A stretch of DNA of 64,000 nucleotides, counting the filler, from Dirinaria sp. TL-2023a (taxonomy: Eukaryota): the NCBI GenBank assembly GCA_051941275.1. It is 31 parts of 31 records of this genome, joined end to end, with 100 filler letters (N's around TTAATTAATTAA, not from the genome) between each part and the next. Parts side by side here need not be neighbours in the genome. Positions count along the whole stretch, not along the records: positions 10,512 to 12,506 come from JAVEBF010002440.1; positions 12,607 to 14,601 come from JAVEBF010002441.1; positions 14,702 to 16,694 come from JAVEBF010002442.1; positions 16,795 to 18,787 come from JAVEBF010002443.1; positions 18,888 to 20,875 come from JAVEBF010002444.1; positions 20,976 to 22,962 come from JAVEBF010002445.1; positions 23,063 to 25,049 come from JAVEBF010002446.1; positions 25,150 to 27,133 come from JAVEBF010002447.1; 23 more parts are not named here. One strand, 5' to 3'. The notes under the pieces were generated by a model that saw only the letters and a list, made by a program, of their open reading frames with translations, did not search any database and had not been told where the DNA came from. Numbering within the stretch: position 1 is the stretch's first letter; every line of letters begins with the position of its first letter. The position numbers and the translations under genes were made by a program. This document shows positions 12,009-25,900 of the stretch, one piece after another.

Positions 12009-12606
12009 GACCTGTCATGACAGACACTCAGAATATCATGATAACTACACGATAAACAATGTCATATAGAACATCATAACAAATAAAAACAAAAAAACAA
12101 AAAACAAAAAAAAAAAAAACAAAAAAACAAAAAACAAATCAGAAAACAAATCAAAAAACAAAAAAATCAAAACATTAAAAATCGACGACAACGATGATGA
12201 AAAATGAGACATCGTCGCAACGTTTGTATATTTATTTCGATTTTCAGTTTTCGTCGACGTTGCAGCATCGATTGATTGAAACTCAATTTATCAAACTTTC
12301 TCGATCAATTAAACTCTCTCGATCAATTAAATTCTCTCGTCGTGTAAATGTCAACATGATTGAGTCTCAATCAAAAACGACTTATTTTACTCATTTAAAA
12401 AATGAGTTTTGAACTGCGAATGCTCTCAATACATGTTAGATGATTTCAGTGTTTTTATATTTTTCATTTTCATGTCTGAACGTTTTGTGAGAGATATTAA
12501 AAATAGNNNNNNNNNNNNNNNNNNNNNNNNNNNNNNNNNNNNNNNNNNNNTTAATTAATTAANNNNNNNNNNNNNNNNNNNNNNNNNNNNNNNNNNNNNN
12601 NNNNNN

Positions 12607-14053
12607 CTTCTCCCCCGTCCTCGTCGTAGTAGTAGCAGTAGCAAGCGCCAGCGCTCTCCCGCCCGTGACGAACGCCTGCAGCCGCAGCGGCGTCTCCGGG
12701 CTCACGCGCGGGAGCGGGAAAAGCAGGTTCGCGCTGCCGGCGACGAAGACGTCGCCGCCGACTGCATCGGGCCCGTCGTGCGGGCCGAGGCCTGAGAGCC
12801 GGAACCCGCGCACGTCGGCGGGGCCGCCGAGTTGGAAGCGGTCGTTGAGGCGGGATCTTGGTGGTGGTCGGGAGGGGGAGGATGAGTTGAGGCCTAGCGG
12901 GAGCGGGTAGAGGAGGCCTGCTCGCAGGCCTAGGGTTAGGGAGATGCCGTTGTCGCCTTTCAGGCCTGGGATAGGGATCGGGATGGCGCCTTGGGTTTGG
13001 ACCTCTGATTTTGCGAAGCCGACATCCCCCTGCAGCGGACCCCAGCCGGCGACTTCGAGCATGGTTTTTGTGAAATAGCCGCGTTGGGGGAGGAGAGGGT
13101 TGTCGCGCCGGTCGAGGGTCCAGATGTGCGTCACGCTGCTTTTGAAGCTGTCCCCCGCGTCGCACCGGACTGTCGGCGAGGCATTCGCTGCCAGGCCCGT
13201 GATCTGCCGCCAGACCCCGTTGTAGGCTAGTTCTTGCCTCATCCCGCCATCGCCCACCCATCGCGCTTTGGCCCAGGCGCCTTTGAGCACTTCTTCGTGG
13301 CTTGCGAAACTGTTCTGGGTCGCGCTTGCGAGGCCGCCGATTTCGCCTCGCAGATCGCCCTTTATCCCGGCGAATAGGGGTTGTTCGTAGGCTGCTTGGT
13401 ATGCGGATCGGGTTCTTGTGCCGAGTGATGCGTTCACGCTGAGGGATTCTGCGCCTCCGAATACATTGCGCCACAGGAGATTGCCGTATGCTGATCCTTC
13501 GGCATTCCCAACATCGGTCCCTGTTTTCAGCAGTATCCGGGACTTTTCGCGTACTTGGAGGTAGAAATCGATATCGGTAGGGGTTGAAGAGGGATCGGTT
13601 GGCGAAGGGCGGTCGATGAAGAGGGTGATGGGCTCGTGGAAGATATCATATCTATGCAGCTTGTCGGCGCCGATGGAGACTTCTCGGATCGCCTCTGCGA
13701 GTGTGTATGGCCGTTCTTTGTTCGCTTGGATTATGGGTTCGAAGATATGTTTCAGGAAGCCGTTGCGCGTATGCTTGGCATTGAGAACTCGGATGGAGGA
13801 GATGTTGCACGGGAGGGTGGAATTGGAGTCGATCAGCTCTGCTAGTCTTCGCTGCTCTTTGGCGTAGTGGGCTGCTTCTCGTTCAGCAGCCAAACGGGCC
13901 TTTTCTTGCTGGACCTTGGGATCGCTGCGTCGTAGCTGCTCGAAGATCTGTAATTGGTATGTACGTCAGCCATTGAAGACGGCCTTGACAGGAGTATGTT
14001 GCAGCAGGTCTAGATATACTCACGCCATCTTCGGAGCCAGCTGCTGAAGCCAT
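12607..14053 (-). CDS. SAM50: Mitochondrial outer-membrane SAM complex subunit Sam50/Tob55, 3'-truncated
   Basis: POTRA-like region then Omp85 barrel motifs (RNVFGGAE, DRRDNPLLPQRG, DRFQLGGPADVRGF); short first exon MASAAGSEDG followed by an intron. Confidence 0.95.
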
Positions 14054-14356
14054 TGATTCCTTAGAACCTATAGCCTACATTTACCTAGAACGTTGAAGTT
14101 GAAGTTATTTCCTTTCCGCCCTATAGGGCTGCGCTAGTGCTCGCGGGTAAAACCGCCGACATTCTAGAAAAGATAATAACTAAACATCGCATGACACCGC
14201 ATTTCACTTTTCGCCATCCCTGCGACTTAGTACCACAAGCCTCAAAGACCGTCATGTCCATATAGGACCTTCAAATTTGCACGATCTAACGCTTCCATTA
14301 GCGACGCCCTTTGACCAGAATAGTACGCTTTCTTAATCGCCCCACCGAAAGCCACC

Positions 14357-14601
14357 ATGGCTACTCGGGCGGCCAACAAGCGGGTGGGTGATATATTCAT
14401 GACTTGAAAATCAGTGTTGCTAAGCTGGAGTAGCTCACTCGAGAATACCAAACCATTCAAGCCAATCCACCACCCTACATCATCGCCCATCCTTCAGAAA
14501 CAAACATCCTCGAGTAAGGCTACCACTTTCCCGGCTAAGAAACCACGAAACAAAGGGCGCCCCCCCTCCCCAAGATATATACCGCTAACGTATGATAGAT
14601 G
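14357..14601 (+). CDS. UBC6: Ubiquitin-conjugating enzyme E2 Ubc6, 5' exons
   Basis: Spliced MATRAANKR|LTREYQTIQANPPPYIIAHPSETNILE|W; missed by the ORF track. Confidence 0.92.
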
Positions 14602-16794
14602 NNNNNNNNNNNNNNNNNNNNNNNNNNNNNNNNNNNNNNNNNNNNTTAATTAATTAANNNNNNNNNNNNNNNNNNNNNNNNNNNNNNNNNNNNNNNNNNN
14701 NTCGCCACTCAACGGATTTAAGTTGAGCGAGGTGTGCATATGAAGGAATTTTTCAAACCGGAAAGGCAAATACGGCCCTCTTTCTGCAGACTACTCCTTG
14801 CCCAAGTATAATTTTGTATAGCTTTGAAACATAAACTCGAAACAGCTGTATGCTCGGCGTTCTCGATATTAATCAAAGAACTTTGACCATGTTTTGGTGA
14901 TCTTGATTGAGACTTGAATGCTCGACGAATTGAGAAACTCACACTATCCTTATTCATTTGATCGACTGCATATGTGAAGAATCGGTTCGTGTTTGTTCTG
15001 GAAATGTGTCGAAGAATAAATGGCAATTTGAAGATAGTAACAGATGGCGAAGACCGATTTGACTGAAATTCTGTATGTAGAGAAGTAAGAATGCTATGCT
15101 AGTAATCTCAGGTAATACATTGATGAACGACTTTGAACGAAAGGTATTTTGAAGGTTGTTCACGATGGGTTCTGTTGAGAGTTGGAAATTTACTGGTGGG
15201 AAACAGGACTTTTAAACTTCATCTTCTCCGGCTATGAGCTATGGAAAAACGCCCAGCAAAGTCAACCACAATACCATCCATCTGCATCTTCTTCGAGCCT
15301 CTAAACCTCACTCCTAAACCGGCGACCGCGTCAAAATCTCGGGTAAGGGACCATCGTTGCTTGCCGCCCGACGAAGCCATCGTGCTTGCTTGAGGGTTCG
15401 AGGTAAATCCTGGACGGTAACCGTGCGAGGAAATTCTATCATCTTCATCCGCAATTCGCATTTTCTCTTGCGAATTACTTCTCTACCTCCTTTCCACCAC
15501 TCCCAAAACACGGAACAAAACCCTGTCCGCCTCCATTCTTGCTTGCTCCACGTCGAGCGCCAGTTGTCTTCTTCGTTTCCGATAGCGCATTGCTCGAGTG
15601 AAGAATCTGAAACCCAGATAGGTGGCGCAAAGGGCCGCGAGTAGGCACAAAAAACATAGAATGCCCCAGCCGACCCATGTAGCGACGGGGTACCTTTTGA
15701 GACCGGAGCTGGAGTCGGAAATGCCTACGGATGGCATGATGTAAATGAGTGAGAGGAGGTGGTGAATTATATAAAGTTTTTTGGAAATAGTGGTTATAGA
15801 GGACGTCTATCTCTGTGAATAAATTTGGGTGTTGGAAGTGGTAGATATTCAGAGTGTATATATTTATGGATTATGGTTGGGTATTAGAAGTATGTGGATA
15901 TTGAGGATGTATGTGTCTGTGAACAGTGACTGGGTTTCTGAACTTGATCGGCGATGGAGACGGTTCTCTGGGGGAATACGGACTTTTATAGTAAAATGGG
16001 GCAATTGGAGATTGCTACTGAGGCTGCTATGAGCCCACCAAGATTGGCCTGTGTGAGTCATTCTTCCAGGGGAGAATTGCTCACCTAAATGTTGAGTATT
16101 TCGGTCATTGAAAACTGTTGAATGTTAGCCTGTACGCCACAGCCGCACGGTATCATAACTCATGCATCGCCCCTTGGCTGCAATTTTGGCTCTTGTTGAG
16201 CCAAATTTCATATCACGACCTTGGCTGGGTCAATCGACTCGAGAAGAACTTGGTTTAATGTGAACAACAAAGCAACAAGGGAGGTAGTAGGCGTTACCAA
16301 AAGCATATGAGGTACGGAGATGAAAATAACGTCCTTGCAGACGTACTGGACAATAGGAGCAGGAGAACAAAAATGCATAGAGTATACATAGAAGCTTCGA
16401 GAGGATAGACGAGTTTTAAGAAATTGCTTGTATGCTGCAATGCTGTGCCAGCTACAATTCCTCCAAAGGCTATCAGCATACTTATTGCATTCTCCGCTCA
16501 GGCACATTATGAACACTAACGCACCTACACTTGAAGTCGTATGAGATATACCAATGTTTGAAAGAGCACATGTGGTAGGAAGTGGCTCGAGTCGTCCTTT
16601 CCCCCAAGATTTCCGCTCCGTAATTGCCTTAAGCAATTGTGGACTTCCTTTCCGCACAGCTACCGACGCACGTCTTCAAATCATCACTTACAGCNNNNNN
16701 NNNNNNNNNNNNNNNNNNNNNNNNNNNNNNNNNNNNNNTTAATTAATTAANNNNNNNNNNNNNNNNNNNNNNNNNNNNNNNNNNNNNNNNNNNN

Positions 16795-18594
16795 TTTTGA
16801 TCGACTCTCATAATATTGATAGCATCAACAAGTTCGTTCTTTGTTTTGAACTTGACATCAGTGTAATTGTCAGCTTATACATCAATACTAATTATTCAGT
16901 ATATTAGTTCTCGTTATCAATTGAGTGAGCCGCGAAGTTCGCGTCTACTTCATCGTTCTACCTCGCTTCGATTGCATATCTCTTTGAAAGCATTGTAAAT
17001 GTATCACGATTTGACTCTTATTTTATCGTGTTGCCGCATTTTATTGTTGTTCCGAGTACTGTGTTCTAGAGTTGATGATTTTCTTTTATCTCGCTGTCGT
17101 CGTGATATTATTACATCGTCACTCTGATATTCACGTCATCTCTGATTATCACTTCGAATCTGTTGATAAAAGTCTTTCAGATAAGTGACTACTTAAAAAC
17201 GACAAAACTACTTTATTCGATATCTGAAGCAGAAGCCGTGATAAAAAGCGTTATTCACGAGTAATTTCGTTCTGCAGTATTGCGGTCTGCTTTTATTACT
17301 CGCATTACGCAGCGTGCACGTTTTTTCGAGTCATCGTCTTACTCTATCGAGTGATTAGTCAATCGTTCTAAACTTATCGCGAATATCAAGAGCTTTTTAG
17401 TCGATTACAATAAATGAAAGACAGAAAACGAAAGAGTCAGATCTGTTGCGATTACACCATCTAGAAAAGACTTTTCTACAGAAACTACGTGAGAAGAATC
17501 TTTAAACGCACTCAATCGTTAGAATTTCTTTGACATCAATATCAGTATCGAGCTAGAAACAGTCAATAAGTTGATATTACTCTTCATCGAAATCGGCATT
17601 CTCGATACGAATTCTTTTTTTATCAACGCTATTACTATATTCAATCAAGCTACAGATAGTAGTAATCACGTCAACAGCACTGCCGATCACGATAATATCA
17701 ATCTCAACGCTAGTATCAACGATAATAATAACGATATGTTAAATTGAGAAAATATCGAGTTTAGTCAACAACAATGAGCATCTCTTCAGATCTTATTTAA
17801 CATGATTGACAATAATGATGATCTTTCTAAATTATCAGACTCTCAAGATCAACAAGACTCTGCTGACGATAACAATATCGTCGTCGTCACATAATCGATT
17901 AAAAACGAATGAAACAAATGAAATATCACTGAGATAAACTTATTTAATTTTATATTTGATGACAAATCATACATTACTGATGATTCTATCGAGTACGCGA
18001 ATCGAGAGATCATATTTCGAGATATACATCTGTTTATCGATCGCATACACGATACGATGAGAACGAAAAATTCAAAATTAGTTCGCGATAATCTATACAT
18101 CTATTTGCGTGACTCTGTCATAAAGTAATACACTATTTTATCGAACTATCGTAAACGTTTGATTAGATTTAATGACGACGCGAATGAATGAATTCGTATT
18201 CTGTTGAAGAAATGAAAAGAGTTGTCTCAAACTGTCATCGCTGTCGTCACGACGAAGCCATATATTATGAAGAATGCTCGTCGACGTCGTGAGCTTTTTG
18301 ATTTTGCTCAAATAATTATTAGAGCAGCTAAATTTACTCACATGTCAGTGCTCAATCAACTAACTCTGCTTTATAACGAATTGAATGTTGAATTTCAACG
18401 CGATATTTCTGAGTCTAGTAAAAACGTTAATCTGAACACGTTCCTTGAGATATTGAAACGAAAAAAGCAAATCTAATAACGTCTAAACGAACGTCATCGC
18501 GGAGATGACAGTTATGTCTCGAATAATCGTCAGCAAGATTCTAATAAATCTAATGACAACGAATTTCACACATATGACTCAGATCAGTACAATG
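16795..18594 (+). mobile_element. Degraded Gypsy gag region
   Basis: Stop-riddled FRDIHLFIDRI...VRDNLYIYLRD...NQLTLLYNELNVEFQRDI; CC/GG depleted. Confidence 0.75.
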
Positions 18595-18724
18595 TGTCAA
18601 AGACCCAACCTTGGTTAGATAGGTTTCCCAGTGGTAAAGTTCCCGGCAGCGCCAAAAGACTAACTAAACCAAGTCAAGGGACTTGGTGCCTATCTTACTA
18701 CTTAGGTGTTCCAGGGTCGTAACA
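18595..18724 (-). mobile_element. 130 bp 3' LTR preceded by a PPT, nested in the gag relic
   Basis: Minus strand AGAGAGAGGGGTAG-TGTTACG...TTTGACA; close reverse-complement copy at 26640-26770. Confidence 0.88.
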
Positions 18725-18887
18725 CTACCCCTCTCTCTAGAGAAACCGCGTCCCGCGGTGAGCAAGGCTAATCAGAGCGAGTCATGANNNNNNNNNNNNN
18801 NNNNNNNNNNNNNNNNNNNNNNNNNNNNNNNTTAATTAATTAANNNNNNNNNNNNNNNNNNNNNNNNNNNNNNNNNNNNNNNNNNNN

Positions 18888-20365
18888 ATTCTTTGCGAAC
18901 TATGACAGAGAATCAAATCTATTCGAACATCAAAAAACAAACGTGTTTGTCAATGCAGCGAAAAAAAGAGTCGAGACACTCAAAAAAGTACACGAAAACA
19001 TTGTTAAAATGTAGAATCGATTATTCTATTATTAGAACAAGAAGAGAAAAATGACATCTCAACTAAAAAAAAGAAATAAGATCTATCTATTGATCAAAAA
19101 TTTGAAAACTAAAAAATCGAGCAAAAAACTTGATCACGTCAAGATCGAATCATTTTTCATCAGACAAGTAAAAGAATCGATAACGTTTGAATTGAAATTG
19201 TCAAAGAACGCTCGAATTCACAATGTATTTTATATATCGTTATTGAAATTAGTCGATCTCAGTACATTTATACAGAAAATCTTTTCTTTTGAATCACAAG
19301 AGAAGAACGAGTTCGAGATAAAAAGAATATTGAAACAGAGAGATCAGAGATATCTTGTTAAATGAAAAAAGTGATTTACAGAAAACAACACGTGAGAATT
19401 ACTCAGAAATCTTAAGAACTATCAGCAGACGTTGCAGTAGTTTCGAAAAAAATAGAAATCGATCAAAAATCGTCGAAAAGCTTGTTTATAGCATTTCAGA
19501 TATGTGACGACAGATTAAAAATCAGAGTATTCGACGGACTCTGGGAAATCAGAGTTTTCTAAATTTTCAATTTCTTAACATTCTTCTTCTCAATCGACAC
19601 TGCGTCATCGATACGATCATTTAAAAAATTCATTTGTTGACGAAGACGCATTTTTCGAGCAAAGACAGTGTTCAGATTCGCGCGAGCTTTCTTTTGCGTC
19701 TCGTACGCTTCTCTTATGTCTTGACGAAGTTTTGTTTTTTTCAACTTTAGACGCTCTCATTCGAACTGCGTCACACGAATGTCGCAACGCTGATCGCGAC
19801 GAAAACACTCGCTACATTTGTCGAAACGAATGTGCATCTTACAGCTGCGAGAATGCTTGACATAGATGAAGAATTTCTTAATCATTTTGTCATCGTGAAA
19901 CTTAATAAATTCTGCTAATAAATAACGACGAACGATGCTAGACTCGAGCTTACGAGTTGACATGACGAAGAATTATGAATCAGAAATAGAGAGATAAAAA
20001 ACGCTATATAAACATCGAGACGACGTTAATTTAAAAAAAATGATGTTACGACTCTGATCTGACATCTGAGATTAGCGAGAGAATTAAAAACTGATCAGTG
20101 AACTCTGAGTTTGATCAGTACTGAACAGAGAGATTTGACACTGAGCAGTGCTCAATTGATCAGCAGTGCTCAATGAACTGAGCAACTGAGCAGAACTGAG
20201 CAAGAGATTTTGACAGTTCTGAGTGAGATGTATATAAAGCTTCAACACGACGCTTTTCTGACATCGTGTTCAACATCTTTGCAATATCTATTTTTTGCTC
20301 AGAGTAACTTGTATATTGTTGTGATATCGTCATATCATCTTAAAGACACTCGTTGTTCCTTGACA
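18888..20365 (+). mobile_element. Degraded chromovirus-type Gypsy 3' end: integrase tail, chromodomain, PPT, LTR from 20044
   Basis: SKKLDHVKIESF...IHNVFYISLLK, then EFEIKRILKQR..RYLVK*..ENNT*E; purine tract then TGTTACG. Confidence 0.85.
19559..19963 (-). pseudogene. Antisense extra ORF (Cys cluster plus coiled coil) in the 3' region of the chromovirus
   Basis: ORFs 19757-19963 and 19559-19744 are in frame across one TGA: SCKMHIRFDKCSECFRRDQRCDIRVTQFE*ERLKLKK... Confidence 0.7.
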
Positions 20366-21631
20366 GACCTCTTCAACAAGATCAAACCCTAGCATCTTTC
20401 CTGTTTAGAACCTAATCCTAGATATTAGACTGATAGGACGCAACATTTTCGCGTTTTTTTCAAAATTTACTCATTTCTCATTCACATTTTTTTAGCTCTC
20501 ATTTATTTTTGTTATTACTCGTAATATTCTTTTGTCTCGTTATTGTGTGTGTATCATGTCAATCAGTGTGAGTGCTCGTCGTGTAAACAATTTCAATCGA
20601 AACGTTTTTTTTTTCGAATTAAATTTCAAAAATTTGACAGAAATGACGAATTTTTTGAAATTTAATATGTTTGAGTTTTATTGAACAATCTATATCAAAG
20701 ATTTTCTAAAACAGATCAAAAGATTTGAACGAAAAAAAAAAACGTTCGCGTTTCAAAAACGCGAATTTTCGCAATGTGATGAATCGAATCAATAAAAACG
20801 AGAAAACTGATTTGATCAAATATTTTATCAAAATTTTCAAAAAAAAAAGCGATAAGATGTCACAAATTACAAAACNNNNNNNNNNNNNNNNNNNNNNNNN
20901 NNNNNNNNNNNNNNNNNNNTTAATTAATTAANNNNNNNNNNNNNNNNNNNNNNNNNNNNNNNNNNNNNNNNNNNNGAGGAGAGAATGTGTGTTCGTGTGT
21001 GCGCGGACGATCTCGTAGGTTGCACAGATGACCGAACTGAAAACGAGCACAGTCTCAAAGAGATAGAGAGCGAGAAAGAGGATCGAGCCCATGCATGCGC
21101 ACAGTTGCTGTGGAGAGAGAGAGAAAAAAACACTCCTGGATTCAAGGTGCGTATCGAGGCAGAGACCATGGCGATGCGGAGTGGATCGTTTAGGAGAGAT
21201 TGGTAGGATTACCTATATCGAAAGGCAAATCCTGGGATTCTAAGGCAGAATGGCTTCGACAAAGGCACTGGCATTCAACAACGAGAGACAAAACCAGATT
21301 GGGTACCACAGCTTCTGGGCGAGAAGCGGATCGCAAAAGGAATATGGGGCGTTCGATGTTGATTTGTTTCCATATATTGATAATATCATTTGGGCAAATA
21401 TCCAACCAATTATGTAATTTCGCGATTCTCCGAGGTATGTTGTCCAAAGCTGGCCCAGCCAGTTGCTCAATTCTTCTTTAAGACTCAAAAGCAGGAGATG
21501 AATGGGCTCTGTAATTCCCCTCTACACCCAAAGGGGAAATCTGTTTAGACAAAACGCCAATGCCATGCTGATCCAGACGTCCTCTCCGCTCAACGCCGTT
21601 GCATATATCCCCAACAGTCGCATATAGATAA

Positions 21632-22597
21632 TCACACGAGTATTCTGTGCCTAAGGCTTTGGATTAGCGTTTCTCCCGCTCCCAAGGTCCACGTCCGAGG
21701 AAGCTCACTCTTGCAGCACAGCCTCCAGATTCGGCTGATTCATCTCTTTACCGGCCGGCATCGCATTCATAATTGAGACGAGGTTGGCAAAGCACTCGCC
21801 TCCCTGATACGCTAAGATGCCTGGTACGGCGATCTCATCCATCTCGGCCTCTAGCTGGTGCAACTTGACGAAACGTGTAGTGACGTGCTTTTGTGCCAGG
21901 CGTTCCAGTGCATCTTCCACTTTCGCGCTGTCCGTCGACTGTGCCCCATGTCAGTACACAATATTGGCCGTAATAAACGAAACTCTTGCGAGGGTTTTCA
22001 TACCTCGTCGTCGTAAATCAAGACGACGACAATCGTGTCTGCCGACACCTTCTCAATAGCGTCCAGATAGCCCACGGCGTCTACCGCGGTCAGCGCACCA
22101 TATTTCCTCTTGCTGGGACTCCGGCGCTTGGTCGTGACCCCGCTCTTCATACGCGCCAACTCATCTATTCGTTTCTGTCTCCATTCGCGCATGAATTCGT
22201 CATCATCGTCCGCCGAGATGTCCGGGCTGGGACTCTTCTCCGGACTGAACTCGTAGCCGCTTTTCTTCGGCTTTCCAAACCCCTGGCCGTTAGAGAAAGC
22301 GTGCAGGGTCTGACGAAAACTCCGCTTCCTGGCCGTCTCAAAGGAGCGAGCATCGGCGATGACTCCCTTGGGGCCGGTATTGGCGTCAAAGCTGGTGGTG
22401 GTGGGTAGGGTGTACGTGATCGAAGGCATTCTGTTCTCCGATCGCTCCGAGAGGGTGCGGGGCTCGTCGTTGTGCGAAGGCGTGAGAGTGGTGCCGTCGT
22501 TGTCGGACAGCGAGGCTGCGTCCTCGGGATGGGAGTCGGATACGTTGGATGGGTGAACAGCGAGGGCGTTGAATTCGTCTTGAGCGGGCGTGGACAT
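21632..22597 (-). CDS. Phosducin-like protein, 3 exons
   Basis: NTGPKGVIADARSF, DDEFMREWRQKRIDEL and TRFVKLH thioredoxin-like C-terminus. Confidence 0.92.
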
Positions 22598-23624
22598 ATC
22601 TCGAGGGAATGGGAGATATGTACAGATAGTGTTGACTGTTTGGGGGTGGTGCGACAGTGTTGGTTGTCTGGTGGCAGCGCAGGCTGCAGATTCAGGTTGT
22701 AGGTTGCAACAAGGATATTCGGGGGCCGGGATGGGGGTGAGATCTCGATTGATCTCTGACACGATCGTGACTGGTCGAGAGCGTAAGCGAGTCGAAACCA
22801 CGGCCGCCTCTTTGACCTCCGCCGATATAAACCAAGACGATCGCGAGTATCCGCGAAATAGTGGTATGACGGGTAGGCAAAGAGACGGAAAAAGAATAAT
22901 AAATACGGGAACAGCAAGAGGTAGAGGAGAAGGGGAAAGAGCAGCAGCAGCAGGAGGAGGAGNNNNNNNNNNNNNNNNNNNNNNNNNNNNNNNNNNNNNN
23001 NNNNNNTTAATTAATTAANNNNNNNNNNNNNNNNNNNNNNNNNNNNNNNNNNNNNNNNNNNNGTTGAGGCAATAAGCCATGGACTATTCAGTATCAAGCC
23101 ATATCGCCGCTCGGCCTCAGAGAAGGGAATTGCAACTCAAATTTGCCATGTCACGCTCTCATAAAATCTGAATTCAGTTCACACAGGAGCCTTGAAGCAA
23201 AGAGACATTGTTGTGCAATTCATCCATCTTCGACCCAAAGAAGTGTGTTAGTACAATGTAGCAGCTCGTAGCTTCGCGCATTATGTCCCACACATATACT
23301 GCTACTTCACAACATTGGGTTTGGCTCTCGCGTTTCAAATCCCTACTGTTTCACTCAGTTTTGCACATTCATTAAAGACCTGCCAGATAACTTTACCGTG
23401 TTGCCTAGTATTCTTTTGCAATAACAACAAATTCCCTACACCTTTCGCTAACTATTGACTCAATTAATTCTTTTGAATGACATTTGCTTCTCGTACAAAT
23501 GACAGCCTCTATATCAGGCTCCGGTGTTTCTTATCTTCTCAGAAACCTTGCTTCTCTGCCAACCTAAACCTTGCAACCCCATTTTCAGGAACATTTTCGA
23601 GAATCTGTGAACAGATCATCAACC

Positions 23625-25049
23625 ATGTCTAACAAATCTATTACTGATGAGGAAGGTAGCCTCGTCCAAATCAGTGCTACGCTACGTACTTTCGCGATTA
23701 CCGAAATCAGAGAGATGATCATGGATCACCTTGATATATCGTCACTACTCGAACTGACCGCCGCCCTACCAGCGGCTCTTCACAGCTTTCAGGAGTACCA
23801 TAGGAGATTTTTTGCTTCTGCTCTGGCAAAGGCCTGTCCTACTTGGCGATATCTTGCTATAGCCTTGCTGGCATTACCAGAGCAAGAACTAAGCGACGAA
23901 GCCACGGAACCATGTCCTCCATGCGAATGTCCTCAGCCGAGAAATAATCGCTTTCTCCCAGAACTGCCATGGCACAGGGTACCGGCCGCATCACCGCTTG
24001 AACTCTACCTAGATCGATATCTAGATAATGATAACGATACTCTCCCAGACTCAATCGTCAAGCCTTTAGAGAAACTCAAAAGATTGGCCTCCATCGTCGA
24101 GTTGGTGGAGCACCTTTCCGCCGCGCCTATTTGGAATCGCGTCGCCTGGCCACAGTGCGGCGCTAGCTCCGTCACCAGCATATCGTGGGAGCGGGAATTA
24201 TCAGAGATCCAGCAAATCACGGTTGCGCTTTGGCAGTTTGAGTTGTACTGTACCCTATACCATCCGAAAAGTGGTCCTAAGCCGATCGAATCACAACGAA
24301 AGTTCATTTATATGATAAGGAGAAACTTGACTGAGCGCGAGGTCTTCATTCAAGTCTACCTCGACTTGATAAGATTTTTGGGTATGGTTTATCAGGAGAA
24401 CATTATCCTGAGCTTCGAAGACGTATACAAGAGACGCGCCAACGGATTCAGGAATGAGCAGTGCGTTGAAGAGGGCGGGCAGGAAAGGGATAGCAAAGGC
24501 AAAATGGGGATAGACCAAGTTGATGGCCAAGCATTCGTTCCGGGAAGACTAACAGAGTATCCTGAGTCGTGGTTAGAAGACTTGCAGGGCCGAGCACTAT
24601 GTGTGGAGGTACACGACGATTTCCTCGCCTTCGCAGATTACCATGCATCCCTAGGCTTGTCTTTCACCGCACGGATCCTCCGTCTCGTCTCCGATCCGAA
24701 CCATCTAAGCAGCGTATACACTCTGCCTGAACAACAGCATAAATCAACATCATTTCTGGGGCACGTACTGCGTCCACTGAGCAATTGGGTCCCTGCTGCA
24801 GACACAACCATACACGATTTTTGGGATTTCGAAGCCTTTGAACTGAAGCCATGCAACGACGGCCGTTCGGGGTACCACCTACGCATGGGACTCAGGTTTT
24901 TCCGTTCTTATATCAACAGGGATTGCCTCCTGGAATTTGGGCGTCCGGCGTTTTCGGATGGGTTTAAGCCACCGCAGCTCGGGAGCCTTGACCAATGGCA
25001 CAAGGATCGAGCAGAGTATCGCCGTGAAGTTTTCGACGATGATTCGATA
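23625..25049 (+). CDS. Hypothetical protein, 3'-truncated, with a weak F-box-like N-terminus
   Basis: Long uninterrupted ORF; ITEIREMIMDHLDISSLLEL. Confidence 0.75.
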
Positions 25050-25671
25050 NNNNNNNNNNNNNNNNNNNNNNNNNNNNNNNNNNNNNNNNNNNNTTAATTA
25101 ATTAANNNNNNNNNNNNNNNNNNNNNNNNNNNNNNNNNNNNNNNNNNNNTTCTCGTTCTCGGTCGCCTCTTCGTCCTCGGTTTCGTTCTCGTTCCCGGTC
25201 GCCTTTTCGTCCGCAGTTTCGTTCCTATCCTCGATCATATCCTCGAAGGGGTTGATATCCCTCCCTCAAGAACGCAGGTTCCAGCCGCCACTGCGGCTGG
25301 AGCCCCTCCCTCTGGAGCTTTGCGCTCTCGTGCTTTTCGGGGCAGTATCGGAGGAAGGGAGGATAGGCATACGCTGATGAGCGAAGGGATTACTGCGAGA
25401 TTACTGGGTTTTAACTGATAGATTTCAAGAGTCAATAAATTCTTTTCTTCGACATATCGTAAACTATTCTGTGCAATCAGAGCAATTGAGATCAGACAAT
25501 CGTTCTCATCGCTGATACTTCGATAAATAGATGAACTAATTATCAATCAACAGTGAGCGCTGTGCATGAATTTCCCTGATCTTTTCGACTCAATCTCTTG
25601 AATCCTCTGATATTTTCTTGATCTTTCGTCACTCGAATTCTCTTTCCTCAAATTACGCGAATATTACGAGC

Positions 25672-25900
25672 TGTAAGGGAACCACAGCACCTAGAGGCAA
25701 TACCTCGGGAAGCAGACATGGTATTGGAGTACTATGACTATGTACGAGAATACCAGGCATGAGGAGGAAAATACTATGGGTGCTGAGGAACCCATATATA
25801 GGCACTAGTGGTCTAGATGTTGGACCCCCGAATCCCTAACACTAGTGGTATAGATGTAGAAAATCTCTAAACACGAATATTGAACTCTGAACTCGTGACA
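25672..25900 (-). mobile_element. LTR of about 229 bp
   Basis: Minus strand TGTCACG...CTTACA, preceded by purine tract AGAGAAAAGTGA. Confidence 0.7.

Noticed and set aside
12078..12175. A-rich AAAAAAC run as a telomere or LINE tail
   Set aside because: It is not TTAGGG-like and lies inside mutated repeat DNA; low complexity only.
12551..13474. Long alternative-frame ORFs overlapping SAM50 and other GC-rich genes
   Set aside because: Shadow ORFs caused by high GC at third codon positions.
14702..16694. Gene in this contig
   Set aside because: Only short overlapping ORFs with no recognisable motif or consistent splice model.
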